A stretch of 64,000 bases of DNA, from the NCBI GenBank assembly GCA_965243025.1, contig CBDETY010000003.1, forward strand, positions 928,001 through 992,000, written 5' to 3'. The notes under the pieces were generated by a model. It was not told the origin of the DNA. It made no database searches and saw only the letters and a program-made list of their open reading frames with translations. Of the stretch, positions 30,794-38,659 are shown in pieces. Source of the stretch: Candidatus Latescibacterota bacterium (GTDB taxonomy: Bacteria > Latescibacterota > UBA2968 > UBA8231). The position numbers were made by a program, and so were the translations under genes. How positions within the stretch are numbered: the first letter of the stretch is position 1; each line of letters opens with the position of its first letter.

Positions 30794-30946
30794 CTATCCG
30801 TCATCGTCGGTCGTTCTCTTTTCCTCTTCGGGATCTTCCTTCTCGCTGCACGGTATACAGATGTGCTGGCCGGGGGTGGGCCTGTAGAACAGGTGCCAGA
30901 GCCTGATTTCCTGGCCGCATACGCAGCAGACCGGCTTGAAAACCAT
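30794..30946 (-). CDS. Small Zn-ribbon protein (50 aa)
   Basis: CCVCG...CIPC; TAATG overlap with upstream ORF. Confidence 0.55.
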   Translation of the reverse strand: MVFKPVCCVCGQEIRLWHLFYRPTPGQHICIPCSEKEDPEEEKRTTDDDG

Positions 30947-31164
30947 TACTGCCTCGTGTCCCGGATTCGGCCCTCCTCGTCCACGAAGATCCGGAAGAGC
31001 GAGGCCACCATTTTTCGCGAGGACTTGGCAAGGCCGTGCACGCACTCGATGCAGACATCGAACTTCCTCCCCTCGGCCATGCCGGCCGTTCCAACCTTGA
31101 GTTGGCCGCGCAGGTCGTCTTCGCCTACGACCCCGTTGCAGATATCACAGATGGTGGTTGCCAT
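30946..31164 (-). CDS. Small Zn-ribbon protein (72 aa)
   Basis: CDIC...CIEC; RBS AGGAGG; abuts the HTH gene stop. Confidence 0.65.
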   Translation of the reverse strand: MATTICDICNGVVGEDDLRGQLKVGTAGMAEGRKFDVCIECVHGLAKSSRKMVASLFRIFVDEEGRIRDTRQ

Positions 31165-31395
31165 TTACGCCCTCCTTTCCCGGTGGATTGAGGCTTTCCA
31201 GGACAGGAACAAGCCCTGTTCCTGGTGGTGGATGATGGCTCCCATGAGCCGGAGATACCTATCTGGCATCGTCCGCTTTCCCTTCTCCCACAGGCACACT
31301 TCGGCTTCGCTGACTCCCAGGGCGAGGCCCAGCTCCCATTGCTTCATGCCCAGGGCGTCTCTGGCCCTTTTCAGCTGATCTTGGGTCATCTTCAT
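31165..31395 (-). CDS. XRE/Cro-family HTH protein
   Basis: LKRARDALGMKQWELGLALGVSEAEVCLWEKGKR; RBS GGAGAG adjacent to the intron insertion site. Confidence 0.8.
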   Translation of the reverse strand: MKMTQDQLKRARDALGMKQWELGLALGVSEAEVCLWEKGKRTMPDRYLRLMGAIIHHQEQGLFLSWKASIHRERRA

Positions 31396-31403
31396 TCTCT
31401 CCA

Positions 31404-32314
31404 GTGCGCCGGCCAAACCGGCGAGGTGTAAGAGGTGAAAGTCCTTCGTGTCGAAGGTGTAGCGAACCACGACAGCCCCGAGTCATGCGTGTGTACCGGT
31501 AACGGCGCAGGCGAAGCGTTGGCAGGGGGAGGCGTAGGTCCGGTATTGAGCCGCGAAATGAATGAACCCCTCCCAGGTGCCGACCCGCTTGGAGACGAGG
31601 GAAGGCCACACCGGTGGGCGCGATATCGCCAGTGCCTATCGGACCCGGCGCGGTCAGAGACCCGGTGCATGCGCCCAGGCACCTCGTACGGGAACCGGGA
31701 GGTCCGGCGGTTGGCCCGGGGGGATGGTCCCCGGGTCCGCATCGGGAACCCATATGGGATACGCCGATGACGTACGACCGCCGGAAGTCGGACAGCCCCA
31801 TACAACCGAGGAACCCCGCGAACGAGGGCGGTCGGACCGCTGCGCCGGCGGCGGAGCGGGAGGAGGAAAGGGGGCTGGCCAAGGGGAACGCGCGCGAGCA
31901 ACCCAGGTCCCGGGCGCAGATCCGGATCGGCCTGCAACAAGCGCTCGAACGCGTACGGCAAGCAGCGGTTCGAGACAGGACCCCGTACCTGAAGTGGCAT
32001 GCTATCTCCGCCGGGTGATCACCGGGCACCTGAACAATTATGGCGTGCCCCGGAATGGCCCGGCGCTGTGCGCGTTCGTCAGGGGTATCGCCTCCCATTG
32101 GTGGCGTGCTCTGAAACGAAGAAGCCATAAACCAGGGTCACGTGGGGGCGCATGAGGGTTCTCTGGTACCGACTGCTGCCTTCTCCGCGCATTACTCACC
32201 CCCTACCCCGAACAGCGTTTCGCCGTCATGACCCGAGGCAGGAGCCCAGTGCGGTAACACCGCTCGCTGGGATCCGTGGAGGGGGTGGTCAGTAATGACC
32301 ATTCCTACTCCGAC
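31404..32314 (+). mobile_element. Group II intron (class E-like) with internally deleted RT/maturase ORF
   Basis: 5' GTGCG; domain V gagcccagtgcggtaacaccgctcgctgggatc, domain VI and 3' AC; IEP N-terminus (31767, KSDSPIQPRNPAN..EERGLAKGN..ALERVR) joined out of frame to maturase (LRRVITGHLNNYGVPRN..WWRALKRRSH); candidate EBS1 TGGAGA (31590-31595) pairs with 5' exon TCTCCA. Confidence 0.9.
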
Positions 32315-32648
32315 TTTGGGGTGGTTGATTTTTCGGTGGGTACCGACCGAAAGGCACAGACTGACCCTGAACCGACCTTGAAGCGGAAAGCCGGAAGCAG
32401 GGTGTTGGCAGAGTATTCGGGTCCAGCAGGATCGGGATTCGAGGAGGAATCCCGTGGCATAATTCAGCGAGCTGGTAGGGGCAACTGCGTCTTCTTCACT
32501 TCACTGCAATCGAGCATCGACCCGACGGAGCGGAAGGCATGGGGATCGCGCCGGTGCCGGCGAACGTCTACATGCGCAACGGAGACCGGGGACGGCTGAG
32601 TCTGGCGTATGGAAACCGCCTTGGGGGCGGTGCTGGCGAGTTAGGAAC

Positions 32649-32769
32649 CCGTGATTTGGTGGGATGCAGTCCTTCGGATCGAGGAAATCGTGCAGGTTCA
32701 GGTTCTGCGGGGAGGGAAGTAAACGCCTTTCTCCATTATGTTATACCAGATTTTCCGAGAATTCGCGCT
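32649..32769 (-). promoter_or_regulatory. Conserved promoter/leader-start element, copy B, heading the HTH operon
   Basis: See 7883-7970. Confidence 0.5.
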
Positions 32770-33059
32770 TTTTTCCAGGCATTCCAACCGTCCCACTAAG
32801 GAGGCACTTGAGCGATTCGTTGCCCCGGCGCAACTCGGCGGTCCATCCTTGGCCTCGCGCAGGCGGTCGCGGGGCTGGTGAAATTCCCCGTGCGGACTCG
32901 GGAAGCTGCGCAGTTGTCGGCCGCTGGCGGTGACTCCTTTTTCCGGTAATCGCGTCATTTTTTTTCGAGAGCGGGGCCGCCATTTTGAAGAAGCACCGGG
33001 ATCCCAATGCGTAAAGGGCGTTGGCGTGACTGCGGACCTTGCCCATCTGCACTTTTGTT

Positions 33060-33074
33060 CAGCATAGTATGCTG
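33060..33074. promoter_or_regulatory. Perfect palindrome CAGCATA-G-TATGCTG upstream of the cytochrome genes (candidate operator)
   Basis: 7-bp inverted repeat; enclosed by a second IR caatgcgta (33005) / tacgcattg (33075). Confidence 0.4.
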
Positions 33075-33292
33075 TACGCATTGCGAGCAGGCTTCCGTTT
33101 CGGGCAGAGAACAGCTCCCATGACAAGCGGAAACCGACTGCTCCCCTTGGTGTTTTTCCACAGGAACCCCAACTCCAGAACCACCACGCCAAAAGACTGC
33201 CGACTGCTGCTCCGACCACAAACTTCGTCAAGTTTCGGGCTTGGTTCGCTCGGCGCATTTCCGATAAACGCCTCCTGGATGAATCGTCTCGA

Positions 33293-34393
33293 ATGCCAAT
33301 GGACACCTTGCGCGTTCTGTTATCGCTCGTAACGCTTCTTTGTTTCCTGGCGAACTTCCCCGCCGCCGCCTCTACCGAAGATGCCGCCCTGTATGCCAAC
33401 GCCTGCGCCGCGTGCCATGGGGCAGATGGACGAGGACGTTCGGCTGAAGACCTCGGCTTCGAGATTGAGCTGCCGGATTTTTCCGATTGTGAATTCGGTT
33501 CCAGGGAACCGGATCCCGACTGGTTTGCGGTGGTTCACGAAGGGGGCCCTGTCCGCGCCTTTGACCGGATGATGCCCGCGTTCGGAGATGCCCTGTCTGA
33601 GGAGGAGATCCACGCCGTCCTGAGGCACGTGCGCACTTTTTGCAGCAACGACGACTGGCCGCGAGGGGAGTTCAACGTACCCAAACCCCTGTTTACGGAG
33701 AAGGCGTTTCCCGAGGACGAGATTTACTTCCAACTGTCTGCAGGTACGGGCGGCCGCAAGGCGGTTGAATTCGAGGTGGTTTACGAAAACCGGTCCGGTC
33801 CCCGGGGGATGGTGGAAGTCTCCGTACCTGTGGGATGGCGCGATTCCCCGCAAGGGGGCGGTTCGAACTACGGCCCCGGTGATATAGGACTCGGCTACAA
33901 GTATGCCTTGTATCACGATCTGGAACGCGGGAACGGGTTGAGCATAGGCGGGGAGATGATTCTGCCCACCGGGGATGAGGACGAGGGTTTCGGGTCGGGG
34001 TCGACCAGACTGGAACCCTACGCGGCCTACGTCCATCTCCTCCCCGGGGACGCCTTCTTCCAGGCCCAAACCTTCGGTGAGTTTGCAGTGGGAGGGGAGG
34101 CTGACGACGAACTCGCACTGCGCGCCCTGCTGGGAAAGACCTGGACTCGGGGAGAGTTTGGCCGGGCCTGGAGTCCCATGGTGGAGGTACTGGTTTCCCG
34201 CGAGTTGGCCTCCGGGTCAGAAGCCAATCTGGATGTGGTCCCTCAAGTCCAGGTGGCTCTGAATACACGTCAACATATACTGCTCAATTCGGGGGTGCGC
34301 CTGCCCCTCGAGAACCGGCAGGACGGGGACCCGCAATTCGTCGCCTATCTCTTATGGGACTGGTTTGACGGAGGTTTCTTCGATGGCTGGTAG
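33293..34393 (+). CDS. Monoheme cytochrome c fused to a probable outer-membrane beta-barrel domain
   Basis: Signal peptide, CAACHG, MMPAFG axial Met; alternating beta-strands and aromatic C-terminus WDWFDGGFFDGW. Confidence 0.8.
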   Translation: MPMDTLRVLLSLVTLLCFLANFPAAASTEDAALYANACAACHGADGRGRSAEDLGFEIELPDFSDCEFGSREPDPDWFAVVHEGGPVRAFDRMMPAFGDALSEEEIHAVLRHVRTFCSNDDWPRGEFNVPKPLFTEKAFPEDEIYFQLSAGTGGRKAVEFEVVYENRSGPRGMVEVSVPVGWRDSPQGGGSNYGPGDIGLGYKYALYHDLERGNGLSIGGEMILPTGDEDEGFGSGSTRLEPYAAYVHLLPGDAFFQAQTFGEFAVGGEADDELALRALLGKTWTRGEFGRAWSPMVEVLVSRELASGSEANLDVVPQVQVALNTRQHILLNSGVRLPLENRQDGDPQFVAYLLWDWFDGGFFDGW

Positions 34394-35999
34394 AGGCATC
34401 CTTCGGATGGGTTCCGGGCTGGCAATGGGACAGCTCGGGCTCGTTGCCATGCTTGCGGGGGGCCGGGCTCTGGCTCAACCCGCGGACCATGTCACGTTCG
34501 CGAGTTCGGATCAGTGTATTGCCTGCCACAGCAATCTCACCGATGCCGAGGGAGGGTCCGTGTCCATCGGACATGCCTGGCGCGGCTCCATGATGGCCCA
34601 TTCGGCGCGCGACCCCTACTGGCAGGCATCCGTACGGCGGGAAGTAACCGACCACCCGGAGGCTCAGGCCAGAATCGAGGATACCTGCTCCACCTGCCAT
34701 ATGCCGATGGCGCGGGTCCTTTCAAAGGCGGACGGGGGGCTGGGGAAGGTGTTCGAACACCTCGAGGCTGCCGCACGGGGGGAAGAGAGCGCAACCCTCG
34801 CACTGGATGGGGTGTCCTGCACGACCTGCCATCAGATTCAGGCAGACAATTTCGGGATGGAGTCCAGCTTCGACGGCAACTTTCTGATTCGTTCCGGCGC
34901 CGAACCCCGGATTTTCGGACCGTTCGAGGTGGAAAACGGTCTCCGCATGGTCATGCAGTCGGCAACCGGATTCAGTCCGGACAGCTCCTCTCACATTCAG
35001 GAATCCGAGCTTTGCGCCACATGCCATACCCTTTTCATAACGAGTCTCGATGAAACGGGACAGGAGGTTTCGAAATTCCCCGAGCAGGTTCCTTACCTCG
35101 AATGGCAGCACAGCGATTTCGCCCAAACCAGAAGCTGTCAGGCGTGTCACATGCCGGAGGCTGCGGCCGCGCCGATTTCCTCGGTGCTGGGCGAGTCGAG
35201 AGAAAATGTCTCGCAGCATGTCTTTCGCGGAGGCAACGAGTTCATGCTGCGTCTCCTGGACAAGTACCGGAACGAGCTCCTGGTAACGGCGCCTTCCGCC
35301 GACCTCCAGCGTGCGGCTGCGGCTACCAGGGACCACTTGCAGACTTCCACGGCGGAGCTCGGGCTGCTGGCGGTCGTTCGGGAAAACGACCGCTTCGCCA
35401 TCGACCTGGAAGTGAAAAACCTCGCCGGCCATAAGCTGCCGACAGCCTACCCTTCACGCAGGATGTGGATACACCTTCAAGTGCATGACGAGAATGGGCG
35501 CCTTCTGTTCGAGTCCGGGGCCATGCGTCCCGACGGCAGCATCGAGGGCAATGACAACGACGCGGATCCGGGACGTTTCGAGCCGCATTACCGGGTGATC
35601 GACGACCCCGGGCAGGTGCAGATTTATGAACCCATTATCGCGGACCGCTCGGGGGAGGTCACCACGGGTTTGCTCCGCGCCGTCAAATACGCCAAGGACA
35701 ATCGAGTTCTTCCGATGGGGTTTGACAAGGATTCCGCGGTCGAGGCCACCATGGTGCACGGCAAGGCGCGCGAAGATGCGGACTTCGTTGGGGGCAGCGA
35801 CACGATTCGGTACTTTGTTCCCGCGGAGACCGAGGTTCCAGGGGTAAATGTTCGGGCGAGGCTCATGTTCCAGAGCATCGGCTTCCGGTGGGCGCACAAC
35901 CTATCCGCCTACACGGCAAGGGAAACCGAGCGTTTCGTGGGTTATTTCAGGGAGAATGCTTCGACTTCGGCAACCGTACTGGCAGAAGTCTCAAACTAG
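34383..35999 (+). CDS. Periplasmic multiheme cytochrome c (5 CxxCH)
   Basis: CIACH, CSTCH, CTTCH, CATCH, CQACH; GHKLPTAYPSRR motif; exact start uncertain. Confidence 0.85.
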   Translation: MAGRGILRMGSGLAMGQLGLVAMLAGGRALAQPADHVTFASSDQCIACHSNLTDAEGGSVSIGHAWRGSMMAHSARDPYWQASVRREVTDHPEAQARIEDTCSTCHMPMARVLSKADGGLGKVFEHLEAAARGEESATLALDGVSCTTCHQIQADNFGMESSFDGNFLIRSGAEPRIFGPFEVENGLRMVMQSATGFSPDSSSHIQESELCATCHTLFITSLDETGQEVSKFPEQVPYLEWQHSDFAQTRSCQACHMPEAAAAPISSVLGESRENVSQHVFRGGNEFMLRLLDKYRNELLVTAPSADLQRAAAATRDHLQTSTAELGLLAVVRENDRFAIDLEVKNLAGHKLPTAYPSRRMWIHLQVHDENGRLLFESGAMRPDGSIEGNDNDADPGRFEPHYRVIDDPGQVQIYEPIIADRSGEVTTGLLRAVKYAKDNRVLPMGFDKDSAVEATMVHGKAREDADFVGGSDTIRYFVPAETEVPGVNVRARLMFQSIGFRWAHNLSAYTARETERFVGYFRENASTSATVLAEVSN

Positions 36000-36187
36000 G
36001 TTCCATCCCCGGGGAGGGGTGCCGGACCAGTTGAAGCAGCGGCGCAGATTTGCAGGCCAGGCATGGATTTCCACCCGCTTTTCTTCACCATCCGGCGCCG
36101 GAGTGCGGTTTCGGGTGCTCTCGCCGGGGCCGGCCCGGAACCTCGGTGTAGCGGGAAGGTTCCCTAACCTGACGATGGGGAGATAAA

Positions 36188-36883
36188 GTGACGCGCGACA
36201 CTCCGAACCATGGATCCGCGGACTGCGGCCCGATGCCTCCCCTGGCCGAAGACGCGCTCAAGGTGCAGCGCTATTTCCCGACGCTCATTTTTTCCCTGGA
36301 AGTTCCGGACAGCGAGATACTGAACGCCCACCTGATCGAGGCGATCTACGCCGAACGGGAAGGCGACGGAACAGGGGTGCGCAAGTCGAACTTCCCGGAG
36401 CTGGGGAGTTGGCACAGCCACGTCAAACTGCACAGGGACGCCGCGTTTGCGGGATTGGTTCAATACGTCGACTCGGCCTCCGCCATGATGTGCCGCGAGC
36501 TCGGATATCACAGGTCCTATCACCTGAGCATCGGCACCATGTGGTCGATCATCAATCCACCGGGTGGCGTGAACCGGGCTCACATCCATCCCGGCTGCAT
36601 CTGGAGCGGCGTCTACTACGTCCAGGCACCCAGGAATTCGGGTCGAATCGAGTTCATCGATCCGCGCACCCAGAACCTGATGAGTGCCGTCGAATACATC
36701 CCCGACACCAGGCGCCCACGAATCTGCTGGACGAAGGTCCAATACAAGCCCGTGGCCGGAAGAATGCTGATCTTCCCGAGCTGGCTGTACCATAGCGTCG
36801 GTCCGAATCGATCCAGGGCCAGGGGGAAGGACGCCGACCGGATCATCGTGAGCTTCAACCTGTCTCAGGAAAGGCGCAGATAG
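36188..36883 (+). CDS. 2OG-Fe(II) oxygenase (TIGR02466 / 2OG-FeII_Oxy_5-like)
   Basis: WSIINPPGGVNRAHIHPG, WSGVYYVQ, IEFIDPR, LIFPSWLYHSV, RIIVSFN; RBS GGGAGA + GTG. Confidence 0.88.
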   Translation: MTRDTPNHGSADCGPMPPLAEDALKVQRYFPTLIFSLEVPDSEILNAHLIEAIYAEREGDGTGVRKSNFPELGSWHSHVKLHRDAAFAGLVQYVDSASAMMCRELGYHRSYHLSIGTMWSIINPPGGVNRAHIHPGCIWSGVYYVQAPRNSGRIEFIDPRTQNLMSAVEYIPDTRRPRICWTKVQYKPVAGRMLIFPSWLYHSVGPNRSRARGKDADRIIVSFNLSQERRR

Positions 36884-36910
36884 TTACCTTCACAAGAGAA
36901 GTGAATAGTT

Positions 36911-38644
36911 ATGAAACATCTACGGCGATTTGTTTCTCTCGTGGGCATATTGGCCTTGATGACTTTGGGCCGGCCTTCCTCTCTTTTCGGGCAGAGTGAA
37001 AAAGACACGCCGTTGGGTGACCAGATTCCGCCCCTACTGAGAAGCGAAAGGAGCATCGACTCACGAACCAGCTTCAACATCGGTGCTTCCAGTGATGATG
37101 ACGACGATGACGACGACGATGATGACGACGACGATGATGATGACGACGATGATGATGACGACGATGACGATGATGATGACGACGACGGCGACGAGGGCGA
37201 TGAGGGTGATGAGAACGACGAGGGGGACGAGGGGGACGAGAACGACGAGGGCGACGAGGGCGATGAGGATGACGAGGGCGACGAGAACGACGAGGGCGAT
37301 GAAGACGACGAAGGCGACGAGGACGACGAAGGCGACGAGGACGACGAGGGCGATGAGGACGACGAAGGCGATGAGGATGACGAGGGAGATGAGGATGACG
37401 AGGGCGACGAGGGGGACGAGAACGACGAGGGCGACGAGAACGACGAAGGCGATGAGGACGACGAGGGGGATGAGGGCGATGAGGACGACGGTGACGAGGG
37501 GGATGAGGGGGATGAGGATGACGAGGGCGATGAGGACGACGAGGGTGACGAGGGGGACGAGAACGACGAGGGCGACGAGGGGGATGAGGACGATGAGAAC
37601 GACGAGGGGGATGAGGACGACGAGGGGGATGAGGATGACGAGGGCGATGAGGATGACGAGGGCGATGAGGGCGACGAGGACGAGGGCGACGAGGGGGACG
37701 AGGACGACGAGGGGGATGAGGATGACGAGGGGGATGAGGACGACGAGGGCGACGAGGGGGATGAAGGCGACGAGAACGACGAGGGCGATGAGGGCGACGA
37801 GGACGACGGCGACGAGGGGGATGAGGGCGACGAGGGGGATGAAGACGACGAGGGAGATGAGGACGACGAGGGGGATGAGGACGACGAGAACGACGAGGGC
37901 GACGAGGGCGACGAGAACGACGAAGGGGATGAGGGGGACGAGAACGACGAGGGCGATGAGGGTGACGAGGACGACGGCGACGAGGGCGATGAGGGCGACG
38001 AGGGGGATGAGGGCGACGAGAACGACGAGGGTGATGAGGGTGACGAGGGGGACGAGGGGGACGAGGACGACGAGGGAGACGAGGGGGACGAGAACGACGA
38101 GGGGGACGAGGACACCAACGGAAGCGCAGGGACGTCAGAAAGCAGGACATTCGCGCCGCTCAGTGGGGATTTCGATGGCGATGGAAAAGTCGGTTTTTCC
38201 GATTTCTTCCTCCTTGCCGATGCCATGGGCAGCAGCGATCCAACCTTTGACCTCGATGGCAGCGGCCTGGTCGATTTCTCGGACTTCTTTCTGTTTGCCG
38301 ACTCTTTCCCACCGTCGCAGCGGGCCAAGTTGCTGGAGCTGGCGCGGGAATCGATCGGGCTGCCCGTTGGCCCCGAGCTGTACCAGAACGCACCCAATCC
38401 CTTCAACAGCGAGACCGTTCTTTCCTACATCCTCCGGGAGCCTGGTCCTGCCCGCCTGGAGATCCTCACGGTAACCGGGCAACGGGTGAAGGTCTTGAGC
38501 CAGGGTGATCAGAAGGCGGGTTACCACCGGATTTCCTGGGACGGCCTGGATGACGCAGGCCAACCGTTGGCAAGCGGCGTCTACCTGTACAGACTGGCGA
38601 CGACCGAGGGGGCATTGACCCGCAAGCTGGTTCTGCTGCGCTGA
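36911..38644 (+). CDS. Secreted hyper-acidic repeat protein (Asp31 + about 100 [G/N/D]DE units) with dockerin-like + FlgD-like tail
   Basis: Signal peptide, about 34-aa spacer, 340 aa made only of D/E/G/N, then the same tail as the WD40 proteins. Confidence 0.9.
   Translation: MKHLRRFVSLVGILALMTLGRPSSLFGQSEKDTPLGDQIPPLLRSERSIDSRTSFNIGASSDDDDDDDDDDDDDDDDDDDDDDDDDDDDDDDGDEGDEGDENDEGDEGDENDEGDEGDEDDEGDENDEGDEDDEGDEDDEGDEDDEGDEDDEGDEDDEGDEDDEGDEGDENDEGDENDEGDEDDEGDEGDEDDGDEGDEGDEDDEGDEDDEGDEGDENDEGDEGDEDDENDEGDEDDEGDEDDEGDEDDEGDEGDEDEGDEGDEDDEGDEDDEGDEDDEGDEGDEGDENDEGDEGDEDDGDEGDEGDEGDEDDEGDEDDEGDEDDENDEGDEGDENDEGDEGDENDEGDEGDEDDGDEGDEGDEGDEGDENDEGDEGDEGDEGDEDDEGDEGDENDEGDEDTNGSAGTSESRTFAPLSGDFDGDGKVGFSDFFLLADAMGSSDPTFDLDGSGLVDFSDFFLFADSFPPSQRAKLLELARESIGLPVGPELYQNAPNPFNSETVLSYILREPGPARLEILTVTGQRVKVLSQGDQKAGYHRISWDGLDDAGQPLASGVYLYRLATTEGALTRKLVLLR
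37094..38113 (+). repeat. Coding low-complexity tandem repeat: (GAY)31 then 9-bp units
   Basis: Mixed GAT/GAC, GAG/GAA and GGN codons with the frame preserved throughout. Confidence 0.95.
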
Positions 38645-38659
38645 CCGGGCCGGTCCCGA

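Noticed and set aside
31404-32314. Retron or diversity-generating retroelement
   Set aside because: No RT catalytic core and no TR/VR pair; the ends and domain V are those of a group II intron.
37094-38113. Repeat array as CRISPR or non-coding satellite
   Set aside because: No spacers; variation is confined to synonymous or whole-codon changes inside an ORF.
36865-38474. Long Ser/Pro-, Arg/Pro/His- and Thr/Arg/Met-rich ORFs in other frames
   Set aside because: Shadows of the stop-free acidic repeat; only the D/E frame has a signal peptide and the conserved tail.
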